Shown here piece after piece: positions 1 to 8,911 of a stretch of DNA of 64,000 nt. The position numbers were made by a program, and so were the translations under genes. The DNA comes from an uncultured Pseudomonadota bacterium (GTDB lineage: Bacteria; Oederibacteriota; Muellerivitia; Muellerivitales; Muellerivitaceae): assembly GCA_963770835.1 (NCBI GenBank), contig CAVYRH010000005.1, forward strand, positions 327,794-391,793. Direction: 5' to 3'. A model generated the notes under the pieces. It saw nothing but the letters and a program-made list of their open reading frames with translations, was not told the DNA's origin and ran no database searches. Within the stretch, counting starts at the first letter, position 1. Each line of letters starts with the position of its first letter.

Positions 1-18
1 AACCAAAAGAAGGTTCCC

Positions 19-1878
19 TTGGACGACCTTTACCGATGGGTGGTTCATCCCGCCTTTTCCATTTCCCTGTCCGCGCTTTTCGTCCTGGCCTTCATTTTGG
101 GGTGGCCCATAACTTCCTCCGCCTCGGATGGGTTCATCCTGGCGATGACCGTGGTCATCGGGGCCTTGGTTGTGGCGGTGACCGTCATCTTCATCAGCAT
201 TGCCATCCGTTTCCATGGGTGGTTTTTCCTGTTATTTACCGCCATGGGCTTCGCGATCATCGCGGTCATCTTTTTGACTTTTTTCAATTACTTGATTCCC
301 CCCTTGTACCTGTTCGGTATCGCGGCCTTTTTCGTGGCCATGGCCATCCTGCCCCGCATTTTCGGGTGGATCAATTCCATCCGCGCCATGGTTTTCGGGA
401 CCATCCCCCTGTCGGTTTATTTGTTCATGCCGATCCGTTCGGTGCAGAACCCCCTAGTGAACTGGTGGAACCCGGATAACTGGCAGCGGCTCAAGGAAAC
501 GATCCTTCGCAAGGGCTACCAGGACATTGGGGACAAGGATTTTTGGGCTTCCTACACCCGCAACGTCAAACGGTTTTGGTTCCACGCCCAGGACCAATAC
601 GGGGCGATTTTCACCATCTTGGTCATTCTTCTCCTCATTTGGGGCCTTTATTGGCTTTTAAAGCGCCAAAAAACCACTCCGCCGGGTATTGTCTTGATGG
701 CCGGTGGAATCCTGATGGGCGTTTGGATGTATTGCAAGCCGCTGGAAGGCTACCAGTGGACCTTGGACAACTTTTTTTCCACGATCTTCCTGATTATGGC
801 CTTGTTCGCCGCCGCAGGCGTGGCGGGAATCCTGGAATGGATCGCCAAGGAACTCCCCTACCGCCAGACGGGTATTTTCGCGGGGGCTTTCTGCATGTCC
901 CTGGCTTTGATGCCCCTGATCCTGAATTACCACGCCGACGACCAAAGCCGTTACGTCAGCTCCTACGACGAGGGCATGAACATGCTCAAGACCGTCAACC
1001 GCGACGGCGTCATTCTTTGCAACGGCGATATCGACATTCTCCCGCTGTGGTACCTGCAGTTCGTTGAGGGTAAAAGGCAAGAGGTTGTCAGCTTCACCAT
1101 GCAGCTGATTCCCTACGATTGGTACAGGGACCCTCTTTTCAAACGCTGGCCCTTCCTTTATGTCCCCATGCGCAAGGACGTTTACGGCCGGGAGGACATC
1201 CGCCCCGACACGGTCGTGCAGGATATGATCGACCAGCATTCCAAGGACCGTTCCTTTTACTTTACCAACATCTTCACCGCGCCCTGGATGCGGGAGAAAA
1301 ACCAGGCCCTGCCCGAGGGGTTCCTTTGGCGAATGGTAAACACCAAGGACCTCAGCTATCCCATCACTTCCGAGCGGATCAACCAGCTTTGGGATACCTA
1401 CCGCCTGCGGTATTTGGACGCGCCCGACCGGGGTTATTGGGATGAGTACACGGATGTCATGAAGGACTCCTACGGTATCGGCTACGATTTCACAGGTTAT
1501 TTCGCCTACATGAATAAGATGCCGGACCTGGCCCTTTGGAGCTTCAACAACGCTCTCAAGTACCGGCAACCCCAGACCTTGGGGCGTATTTACATGATGC
1601 TGGGTGAAACCTACCTGGGGATGAACGATTTCGCGGCGGCGGTCAACAATTACCAGGAATCCCTGAAGCGGGACTCGCGGAACCCCGGCGTACCCTATAT
1701 TTTTGCCCGGATGGGCGACGCCTACCGGCTAATGAATGATTACTCCAACGCCGATGCGGCCTACCACCAGTCCCTTCAGTTTAATCCCCAGCAAAAGGAA
1801 GCCTTGGACGGCCTTCAGCTGCTGAACAGCGGTAAAAAAGAAATGCCAACAGGGGCGCAGGGATTCATTCGTCCGTGA
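19..1878 (+). CDS. Polytopic membrane protein with C-terminal TPR repeats (GT-C / PMT-like, DUF2723-like architecture); probably 5'-truncated at the window edge
   Basis: 619-aa ORF starting with TTG at 19, with an open frame upstream to base 1. The N-terminal half has many hydrophobic helices; the C-terminal ~120 aa has TPR-like repeats (YMMLGETYLGMNDFAAAVNNYQESL..., ARMGDAYRLMNDYSNADAAYHQSLQFNP). Confidence 0.5.
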   Translation: MDDLYRWVVHPAFSISLSALFVLAFILGWPITSSASDGFILAMTVVIGALVVAVTVIFISIAIRFHGWFFLLFTAMGFAIIAVIFLTFFNYLIPPLYLFGIAAFFVAMAILPRIFGWINSIRAMVFGTIPLSVYLFMPIRSVQNPLVNWWNPDNWQRLKETILRKGYQDIGDKDFWASYTRNVKRFWFHAQDQYGAIFTILVILLLIWGLYWLLKRQKTTPPGIVLMAGGILMGVWMYCKPLEGYQWTLDNFFSTIFLIMALFAAAGVAGILEWIAKELPYRQTGIFAGAFCMSLALMPLILNYHADDQSRYVSSYDEGMNMLKTVNRDGVILCNGDIDILPLWYLQFVEGKRQEVVSFTMQLIPYDWYRDPLFKRWPFLYVPMRKDVYGREDIRPDTVVQDMIDQHSKDRSFYFTNIFTAPWMREKNQALPEGFLWRMVNTKDLSYPITSERINQLWDTYRLRYLDAPDRGYWDEYTDVMKDSYGIGYDFTGYFAYMNKMPDLALWSFNNALKYRQPQTLGRIYMMLGETYLGMNDFAAAVNNYQESLKRDSRNPGVPYIFARMGDAYRLMNDYSNADAAYHQSLQFNPQQKEALDGLQLLNSGKKEMPTGAQGFIRP

Positions 1879-2666
1879 GTGAGCGCAACATCCGTCTCAC
1901 CGTCGAATACGACGGGACGGCTTACTCAGGCTGGCAAAAACAGCCCCAGGCCCCCACGGTCCAGGGAGCCCTGGAGGACCGCTTAAAACTGATCTCCGGC
2001 CATCCGGTGGACCTTTTGGTGGCGGGCCGCACGGACGCCGGGGTGCATGCCCTGGGCCAGACCGCCAATTTCCACACCCGTTCCCCCCTGTCCGTCGGCC
2101 GCATCTACCAAGTGTTGAACCAGCTTTTGCCCCATGACATCCGCATCGTGAAGGCGGAGGAAGTTCCCGCCACTTTCCACGCCACCTATCACGCCTCGGC
2201 CAAGCTGTACCGCTACGTCATCCGCAACGCCAAGGACTATACGGTCTTCGACCGCCACACCTATCATCACTTGCGCCTGCCGTTGGACCTTCCGGCCATG
2301 CGGGAGGCCGCCCGGCACTTGGTGGGAACCCATGACTTCACGGCCTTCCGGGGAACACTAGGGAAACGGGCAAACCCAAAGCGCACCTTATTGAAGATTG
2401 AGATCAAAAAGAAGGGCCCGGATGTGATCCTGGATTTCACCGGGGAGTCCTTCCTCCACCAAATGGTGCGCATCTTGAGCGGGACCCTGGTGTACGCGGG
2501 GACGGGAAAGATCGCCCCCGGGGACATACCGGCCATCCTGAAGTCCAAGGACCGGAAAAAAGCCGGGCCGACCCTGCCGCCCAACGGGCTTTTTTTGGTG
2601 AAGGTGTTCTACCCCAAAGTTTTCCCGCCGGTGAAAAAGCACAGGCCGCGAGAGGTGGAGGAATGA
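1875..2666 (+). CDS. truA: tRNA pseudouridine(38-40) synthase TruA
   Basis: N-terminal RLTVEYDGTAYSGWQKQ and the catalytic motif VAGRTDAGVHALGQ. Length 263 aa. GTG start overlaps the upstream stop by 4 nt. Confidence 0.9.
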   Translation: MSERNIRLTVEYDGTAYSGWQKQPQAPTVQGALEDRLKLISGHPVDLLVAGRTDAGVHALGQTANFHTRSPLSVGRIYQVLNQLLPHDIRIVKAEEVPATFHATYHASAKLYRYVIRNAKDYTVFDRHTYHHLRLPLDLPAMREAARHLVGTHDFTAFRGTLGKRANPKRTLLKIEIKKKGPDVILDFTGESFLHQMVRILSGTLVYAGTGKIAPGDIPAILKSKDRKKAGPTLPPNGLFLVKVFYPKVFPPVKKHRPREVEE

Positions 2667-3259
2667 AGCCGTCCATGGTTCTTTACCGGCTGGGAGCCCT
2701 GGGGGTTTTCTTGACCTTCGGCGTTTTGGGGGAGGAACCGCTGGCGGGATCCCTGCGGCAGGATCCTTCCGTTTGGCTGGGAACCGCCATCCTTTTCGGG
2801 TTCGCCGGATTAGCCGGGTTGTTTCTTCTCTCGGTGCGTTATGACTGGCTTCGGCGGGAGAACCGGACCTTGATGTTCTTTTCCCACGGCGCGGCCCTGA
2901 TCGCCGTGCTTTGGCTGATCCTCTGGTGTTTTGTCTGGCTGGCGAAGATGATGGCCATGGGCGACAACGCGGAAATGTACATCAAGCACACCGCCTACCT
3001 GCACCTGTTCGGCGTGAGCTTCGCCATGGCGGGCTACGCCACGGGTTGGATGGCCCCCCGGCTGGGGGAGCGTTCGGCGAGGTTTTTGATGACCGTGGGC
3101 TGGGCCGTCAGCTACATGGCTTGGTTCAACCTGTTTTTGCAGCCCGCCCTGAAGTGGCTCTGGGCCCCCGCCATCGGCGGCCTTTTGGCGGCCTTGGGTG
3201 CCTTTTTGATGTCCCGGGAGCCAAAAAGCAACATTGTGACGGCAAAGTCACTGACGTAG
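2663..3259 (+). CDS. Hypothetical integral membrane protein
   Basis: 198-aa ORF with 5-6 predicted TM helices. Start is ATGA-overlapped with the truA stop. No recognisable catalytic motif. Confidence 0.45.
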   Translation: MKPSMVLYRLGALGVFLTFGVLGEEPLAGSLRQDPSVWLGTAILFGFAGLAGLFLLSVRYDWLRRENRTLMFFSHGAALIAVLWLILWCFVWLAKMMAMGDNAEMYIKHTAYLHLFGVSFAMAGYATGWMAPRLGERSARFLMTVGWAVSYMAWFNLFLQPALKWLWAPAIGGLLAALGAFLMSREPKSNIVTAKSLT

Positions 3260-3350
3260 AATGATCCGTCCAAAACACCAAAAAGCTTTATTAGCCACAG
3301 ATGCACACGGATAAACACAGATTAGAATTTTAAGAAAATCCGGTTTGTCG

Positions 3351-3405
3351 TCCGTGTGAATCCGTGTTCATCCGTGGCAAATCATTTTAAAGGATTTTCC
3401 GTGGC
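3351..3405 (+). promoter_or_regulatory. Phased direct repeats TCCGTG x4 (three in perfect 10-bp register), immediately upstream of or overlapping the UbiD-like start
   Basis: tccgtgtgaa / tccgtgttca / tccgtggcaa at 3351, 3361 and 3371, and again at 3397. An inverted copy (cacggat) sits at 3306, and a cacagat direct repeat is at 3297 and 3316. Confidence 0.35.
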
Positions 3406-4852
3406 CTATGCTTCTTTAGTGGAATTTGTCGAATTCCTCGAAAAAAAAGACGAACTGGTCCGCATCCAAGACGAGGTGGATCCGGTCCTGGAAATCACGG
3501 CTATCGCCGACAAGGTTTCCAAGTCCCCCCAGGGCGGCAAGGCGCTTCTTTTCGAGAAGCCCAAGGGAAGTTCCTATCCTGTCCTCATCAACGCTTTTGG
3601 TTCCTACAAACGCATGAGCTGGGCCTTGGGTGTGGAGGATCTGGAGGAACACGCCGAGGCACTACGGGAACTTTTAGAGTTGAAGCCTCCCAAAGGTTTC
3701 GTCGAAAAGCTGAAATTCCTGCCCAAGTTGGCCGACATCGCCAAGTTCCCGCCGACGGAAGTGGGAAAGGGCGCCTGCCAGGAGGTAGTCGAAAACAAGC
3801 CGGATTTGACGACCCTTCCGGTTTTGAAATGCTGGCCCCAGGACGGGGGCCGGTTCATCACTTTTCCATTGGTCTATACCCAGGACCCGGAAACGGGCGT
3901 CCGCAACATCGGTATGTACCGCATGCAGGTCTATGACGCTACCACTACCGGCATGCATTGGCAGGTGCACCACGGCGGGGCGGGGCACCACCGCAAGGCG
4001 GAGAAGATGGGGAAGCGACTGGAAGTGGCGGTGGCCTTGGGCGGCGATCCGGCCCTTACTTACGCGGCCACGGCGCCCTTGCCGGAAGGTATCGACGAAC
4101 TGCTCTTCGCGGGTTTTTTAAGGAAAAAAGCGGTGGAACTGGTCAAGTGCAAGACCGTCGACCTCATGGTCCACGCCGACGCTGATTTCGTGTTGGAAGG
4201 CTATGTTGAAGCCGGGGAACGCCGGTTGGAGGGGCCTTTCGGCGACCATACGGGCTATTACAGCCTGGCGGACCAATACCCGGTTTTCCACGTGACTTGC
4301 CTTACCCGCCGCAAAAACCCCGTTTATCCCACCACTATCGTGGGCAAGCCGCCCATGGAGGATGGTTATTTAGGGAAGGCCACGGAACGGTTGTTCTTAC
4401 CCCTAATGCGGAAGGTGCTTCCGGAGGTTGTGGATATGGACCTGCCGGTGGAAGGCATCTTCCACAATTTGGCGATCGTCTCCATCGACAAGCAGTATCC
4501 GATGCACGCCCGCAAGGTCATGTTCGCCCTTTGGGGCTTGGGGCAGATGATGCTCAATAAAATCCTGGTGATCGTGGACAAGGATACGAACGTGCATGAC
4601 TACGGCCAGGTGCTGTGGCGGGTCGGCAATTGCATGGACGCCAAAAGGGATGTGGTGATTACCGAAGGTCCCCTGGACGTGCTGGACCACACCTCGCCCA
4701 TGTGGGCCTGGGGCGGGAAGATGGGAATTGACGCCACGAAGAAATGGAAAGAAGAGGGGTTTAACCGGGAGTGGCCGGAAGAGTTGGTGATGAGCCAGGA
4801 TGTCGAGAATAAAGTAATGCCGATCCTCAAAAAATATGGATTAATCAAGTAA
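3398..4852 (+). CDS. UbiD-family (de)carboxylase, likely the menaquinone late-step decarboxylase (MqnM-like)
   Basis: LFEKPKGSSYPVLINAFGSYKRMSWALG, ...GGRFITFPLVYTQDPETGVRNIGMYRMQV, and the overall UbiD fold signature. The ORF is open from 3356; the likely true start is GTG at 3398, preceded by AAAGGA. Confidence 0.8.
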   Translation, partial: SVAYASLVEFVEFLEKKDELVRIQDEVDPVLEITAIADKVSKSPQGGKALLFEKPKGSSYPVLINAFGSYKRMSWALGVEDLEEHAEALRELLELKPPKGFVEKLKFLPKLADIAKFPPTEVGKGACQEVVENKPDLTTLPVLKCWPQDGGRFITFPLVYTQDPETGVRNIGMYRMQVYDATTTGMHWQVHHGGAGHHRKAEKMGKRLEVAVALGGDPALTYAATAPLPEGIDELLFAGFLRKKAVELVKCKTVDLMVHADADFVLEGYVEAGERRLEGPFGDHTGYYSLADQYPVFHVTCLTRRKNPVYPTTIVGKPPMEDGYLGKATERLFLPLMRKVLPEVVDMDLPVEGIFHNLAIVSIDKQYPMHARKVMFALWGLGQMMLNKILVIVDKDTNVHDYGQVLWRVGNCMDAKRDVVITEGPLDVLDHTSPMWAWGGKMGIDATKKWKEEGFNREWPEELVMSQDVENKVMPILKKYGLIK

Positions 4853-4863
4853 AGGAACCTGAA

Positions 4864-5553
4864 ATGAGCCAGCAAATTCAGACGATGTTTTCGAATATAG
4901 CATCTACCTACGACCGGGCGAACCACGTCTTGTCGTTCAATAAGGACGTCCAATGGCGCAAGGATGCGGTTCAACAGATGCTCAAGGACGGGTTCAAACC
5001 CAACCGCGTGTTGGACCTCTGCGCCGGCACGGGGGATTTCGCCCTGGCGGTCAGGGAGCAGGTGCCTGGCGCCCAGGTGATCCTGGCTGACTTTTCCAAG
5101 CCCATGCTTCTTTTGGCTAAACAAAAAACAGGGATGACACAGGGTTTTGAAATCCTGGAGGCTGATGCTTTGAAACTGCCTTTCCAGGACATGACCTTTG
5201 ACGCGGTGGTTTGCGGGTTCGGCGTCAGGAACCTGGACGTATTGGAGAAGGGTTTGAGGGAAATTGCCCGAGTCTTGAAGCCCGGCGGGAAAGCCGCCAT
5301 CCTGGAGTTTTTTAAACCGACGGGCTTCCTCAACCGGCTCGCCCATGCCTTTTACGTGGGAACCATTGTCCCAATTCGGGGCGGTGTCATTTCCGGCAAC
5401 AAGGAAGCCTATGACTACCTCCAAAAATCCGCGAAGAATTTCACTTCCCTTAATGAATTCAAGGGACTCATGGAAAAATGCGGGTTCAAGGACGTTGCCT
5501 CTGAAAGCAAAACCATGGGGGTAGCCGTCAGCATCGTTGGGATTCGAAAGTAG
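4864..5553 (+). CDS. ubiE: Demethylmenaquinone / ubiquinone C-methyltransferase UbiE/MenG
   Basis: MFSNIASTYDRANHVLSFNKDVQWR (UbiE signature) and the class I SAM motif LDLCAGTGD. Confidence 0.85.
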   Translation: MSQQIQTMFSNIASTYDRANHVLSFNKDVQWRKDAVQQMLKDGFKPNRVLDLCAGTGDFALAVREQVPGAQVILADFSKPMLLLAKQKTGMTQGFEILEADALKLPFQDMTFDAVVCGFGVRNLDVLEKGLREIARVLKPGGKAAILEFFKPTGFLNRLAHAFYVGTIVPIRGGVISGNKEAYDYLQKSAKNFTSLNEFKGLMEKCGFKDVASESKTMGVAVSIVGIRK

Positions 5554-5560
5554 GAGCCGC

Positions 5561-6142
5561 ATGAAGAAAATACTTGTCGCAGTCACCGGGGCTTCGGGCA
5601 CCATCTATGCCCGCAGGTTTTTCCAGCATTTTCCCTACGACGATTGGGAAGCGCACGCGGTGGTTTCCGAATCGGCGCGGATCGTGGCTTCCCACGAGGG
5701 TGGGCTGAATCTGCCACCCCATGTGAAGGAATGGGAAGAAAAGGATTTGACTGCCCCCTCAGCCAGCGGCTCCAACAAGTTCGAGGCCATGGTGGTTATT
5801 CCTTGTTCCACCACCACCCTGGGGAAATTAGCCCACGGCATCGCGGACAATTTGATTACCCGTTCCGGGGAGGTCTTCCTGAAAGAACGCCGCAAGCTCA
5901 TCCTGGTGCCCCGCGAAACGCCCCTCTCCCTCATTCAGATCAAGAATATGGAGCTACTTACATTGGCAGGTGCCCATGTCATACCCGCCACTCCCAGCTT
6001 TTACGGTAACCCCAAAACCATTGAGGATGTGGTGGATACGGTGATCGCCCGGGTTTATGACCATGCGGGTATCCAGGCGGAAGTATCGAAACGTTGGAGG
6101 GAAGAAGAAACAGAGAAAAAAGAAAAACATTTGGAAGCTTAA
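5561..6142 (+). CDS. ubiX: UbiX-family flavin prenyltransferase (MqnL-like)
   Basis: MKKILVAVTGASGTIYARRF..., VIPCSTTTLGKLAHGIADNLITR, and ~190 aa length. The ORF is open from 5537. Confidence 0.85.
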   Translation: MKKILVAVTGASGTIYARRFFQHFPYDDWEAHAVVSESARIVASHEGGLNLPPHVKEWEEKDLTAPSASGSNKFEAMVVIPCSTTTLGKLAHGIADNLITRSGEVFLKERRKLILVPRETPLSLIQIKNMELLTLAGAHVIPATPSFYGNPKTIEDVVDTVIARVYDHAGIQAEVSKRWREEETEKKEKHLEA

Positions 6143-6159
6143 TTTTTCAGGGGAAAAGT

Positions 6160-6873
6160 ATGAAAAGGTTATTTTTTACTTTTGCTGTGATGTTGTTTAC
6201 TTTTCCCGTTTCGGCGGATGATTTGCAGCCTGAACCTCTAAACCAGGCGATCAAGGAATACAAGAAATTCTCTAAAACCGACGATGTTGATCCGGCGAAT
6301 GACGTAATTTGGAAACTTTATGTTCTCTTCAATGTAGGCTCGAATGCATCTTATGGATCGATTACGTCCGGTTCGTTATTCTTGGGAGCCGCTTCGTCTG
6401 GGATATCTTCGCTTGTGATTTTTCAGAAAACGGATAGTTATTCAAATCCTGACACTTTGTTGGCAGGATTGACCTCGGAACCTGATTTTTTTGTCTTGCT
6501 TCCCGTCAACAATCTTTATAACTATTTTCGTCCCATTCCCAAACCGGGTGATGTTATTGTCTTAAAGGGGAGAATTTCGGGCCATTTCAATTATCAAACT
6601 CATGCTGGTCAAAAAGTTTTTATCTTAAGCGCCCTCAATCTTTATTTGGAAGATGGGAAAAAACTTCCATTCGAACATTTTGACCCTCCGAGGGACTATT
6701 CTATAATGCCTTCGGTTACGCCTGCGATTTTGACCCCCGAACCGGTGCCTGCTTCGATGGCTGGCCCGACAACGACTTCGACTAGTGTGGTTTTTACACC
6801 AGCTTCGCCAACGGCTGTTGCTTCATTTACTGCGACTCCAGGCTTCTTCAAATCCAGAACCGTAAACCAATAA
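6160..6873 (+). CDS. Hypothetical secreted protein, AT-rich gene with a Thr/Pro/Ser-rich C-terminus
   Basis: Signal peptide MKRLFFTFAVMLFTFPVSADD. The C-terminal TPEPVPASMAGPTTTSTSVVFTPASPTAVASFTATPG is low-complexity. The gene is visibly AT-richer than the flanking mqn genes. Confidence 0.45.
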   Translation: MKRLFFTFAVMLFTFPVSADDLQPEPLNQAIKEYKKFSKTDDVDPANDVIWKLYVLFNVGSNASYGSITSGSLFLGAASSGISSLVIFQKTDSYSNPDTLLAGLTSEPDFFVLLPVNNLYNYFRPIPKPGDVIVLKGRISGHFNYQTHAGQKVFILSALNLYLEDGKKLPFEHFDPPRDYSIMPSVTPAILTPEPVPASMAGPTTTSTSVVFTPASPTAVASFTATPGFFKSRTVNQ

Positions 6874-6899
6874 ACCATTTTGAATAAAGGCATAGCAGG

Positions 6900-7772
6900 G
6901 TGACTCTTCAAAAACTCAAAACCCTTTCCGATCTTGTGGTTTTGCCCCACTCCGTATTCGCCCTTCCGTTCGCTTTGGCGAGTCTTTTGACCGCTACCCA
7001 CGGCAGGCCGTCCCTTCACGTCCTATTTTGGGTCATTGTGTGTATGGTTTTGGCCCGGACAACGGCCATGGCTTATAACCGGCTGGTGGACGCGGACATC
7101 GACGCTAAAAATCCCCGGACCCAAAACCGGGACATTCCAGCGGGGCGCATTAAGCCCTGGCAGGTACGGCTTATGACGGTCATTTGTTCCCTTTGTTTTG
7201 TGCTGGCCTGTTATCCCTTGAATGTCCTGGCATTTAAGTTGTCCCCCCTGGCGCTCGTCATTGTCTTCTTTTATTCCCATACCAAGCGTTTCACTTGGGC
7301 TTCCCATTTGTTCCTGGGGTTGGCGTTGGGGGTTGCCCCGGTCGGGGCCTGGATCGCGGCCACGGGTGCTTTCGCACCGGAACCTTTCTGGTTGATGGCC
7401 GCCGTTATCTGTTTCCTGGCGGGTTTTGACATTCTCTACGCCACGCAAGATGAGGCTTTCGACAGGAAAGAGGGGCTCCAGTCCTGGGTCGTGCGCTGGG
7501 GCTTGCCTAATAGCCTGAAAGCCTCTCGATTCTTCCATGCCTGTATGTTAGGATTTCTGGCCGGTTTCGGGGTTCAGGCCGGGTTTTCGCCCATCTATTA
7601 CTGGGGAATCGGCGTTATCGGGGCGGTCCTGCTTTACCAACATAAAAATGCTTACAAGTTGGAAGCCGTCGGCGGCAGTTCGCAGTTTACCCTTTCTCCT
7701 TCCATGATGAAGATGAACGGGTGGATTTCCATCCTCTATTTCGCTGTCGTAGGAGTCACCATTTGGTTCTGA
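6900..7772 (+). CDS. UbiA-family aromatic polyprenyltransferase (MqnP/MenA-like)
   Basis: ARTTAMAYNRLVDADIDAKNPRT (the N/D-x-x-D-x-x-x-D prenyl-diphosphate motif), a second Asp-rich motif YATQDEAFD, and 8-9 TM helices. Confidence 0.8.
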   Translation: MTLQKLKTLSDLVVLPHSVFALPFALASLLTATHGRPSLHVLFWVIVCMVLARTTAMAYNRLVDADIDAKNPRTQNRDIPAGRIKPWQVRLMTVICSLCFVLACYPLNVLAFKLSPLALVIVFFYSHTKRFTWASHLFLGLALGVAPVGAWIAATGAFAPEPFWLMAAVICFLAGFDILYATQDEAFDRKEGLQSWVVRWGLPNSLKASRFFHACMLGFLAGFGVQAGFSPIYYWGIGVIGAVLLYQHKNAYKLEAVGGSSQFTLSPSMMKMNGWISILYFAVVGVTIWF

Positions 7773-8887
7773 AAAAGCTTTTAAACCAGTCGCCCCTCAA
7801 AGACATCTATGAGAAAGTTGAAAAAAGCATCCGAATCACGGATGAGGATGCCCTCCGTCTTTACCAGACCAACGATCTTTATATTTTGGGAGCCATAGCC
7901 AACCTGGTTCGGGAAAGAAAAAACGGGAACGACACTTACTACAACATCAACCGGCATATCGACTACACCAACGTCTGCGCCACCACCTGCAAGTTCTGCG
8001 CTTTTTCCAGGTTTGAGGGGGAAGAAGGCGCCTTTGAGTTTACCCACCAGCAGATCGCCCAAAAAGCCAAGGAAGCCTTCGAAAAGGAACATATTACGGA
8101 GCTGCACATCGTCGGAGGCCTCCACCCGACTTATGATTTCGAGTGGTACGAGGACATGCTACGGCTCTTGAAGAAAACCGTGCCCAGTGTGCACCTGAAG
8201 TGCTTCACGGCCGTGGAAATCAACTTCTTCGCCGACAAGTACAATCTGTCCTACGGGGAAGTGTTGAGCCGGTTAAAAGCGGCGGGGTTGGATTCCATGC
8301 CCGGCGGCGGAGCCGAGATTTTCCACCCAGAGGTAAGGGAGCAGATCTGCCCCGGCAAGGCTACGGCGGACCAATGGATTGAAGTACACCGCACCGCCCA
8401 CGGTCTGGGGTTCAAGACCAACGCCACCATGCTTTACGGCCATATCGAGAAATACGAGCACCGGGTGGACCATATGCGGCGCTTGAGGGAACTGCAGGAC
8501 GAGACCGGCGGCTTCCAAACTTTTATCCCCCTGGCCTTTCACCCCGACCACACGGCCATGGACCATTTCGCCCGGCCCTCTGGCATGGAAGACCTGAAAA
8601 CCCTGGCCGTTGCCCGGGTTTACCTGGACAATTTTCCCCATATCAAGGCCTATTGGATCATGTTGGGCGTGAAGCTGTCCCAGCTTTCCCTTTCCTACGG
8701 CGTGGACGACATCGATGGAACGGTGATCGAAGAAAAAATTTATCATATGGCCGGAGCGGATACCCCGGAGATCATGACGGTGGGGGACCTGCGGCGCCTG
8801 ATCCGGGAAGCGGGCCGCACACCCGTGGAACGGGACACGTTGTACAAGGAACTTAAAACCATTCAGGAACCGGCACTCTCGAAGTAA
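7763..8887 (+). CDS. Radical SAM enzyme of the MqnC/MqnE family (aminofutalosine synthase or cyclic dehypoxanthinyl-futalosine synthase)
   Basis: NYTNVCATTCKFCAF (CxxxCxxC), LKDIYEKV...DALRLY N-terminus, and GGGAEIF. The likely start is TTG at 7763 behind AGGAG; the ORF is open from GTG 7721. Confidence 0.75.
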   Translation: MVLKKLLNQSPLKDIYEKVEKSIRITDEDALRLYQTNDLYILGAIANLVRERKNGNDTYYNINRHIDYTNVCATTCKFCAFSRFEGEEGAFEFTHQQIAQKAKEAFEKEHITELHIVGGLHPTYDFEWYEDMLRLLKKTVPSVHLKCFTAVEINFFADKYNLSYGEVLSRLKAAGLDSMPGGGAEIFHPEVREQICPGKATADQWIEVHRTAHGLGFKTNATMLYGHIEKYEHRVDHMRRLRELQDETGGFQTFIPLAFHPDHTAMDHFARPSGMEDLKTLAVARVYLDNFPHIKAYWIMLGVKLSQLSLSYGVDDIDGTVIEEKIYHMAGADTPEIMTVGDLRRLIREAGRTPVERDTLYKELKTIQEPALSK

Positions 8888-8911
8888 ATTTCAAGTTAAA
8901 GAGGATATGGA

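Noticed and set aside
658-1569. 303-aa minus-strand ORF; also 4600..5604(-), 52454..53314(-), 47477..48286(-), 24582..25367(-), 20320..20868(-), 40644..41294(-)
   Set aside because: All are antisense to well-supported protein-coding genes (the GT-C/TPR protein, ubiE/ubiD, sufB, rodZ, the helicase, nudix and the repetitive secreted protein). They have compositionally biased, motif-free translations and no RBS context.
3356-3397. ATG at 3356 as the UbiD-like start codon
   Set aside because: The first 14 codons are made of the TCCGTG repeat array and lack an RBS. The GTG at 3398 is preceded by AAAGGA and begins the conserved UbiD N-terminus (ASLVEFVEFLEKK…). The longer call is kept only as an alternative.
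6141-6153. tttttcagggg, a partial match to the IS terminal repeat core
   Set aside because: Only 9-10 nt match, there is no partner repeat nearby, and the match lies in an RBS region. It is treated as chance.
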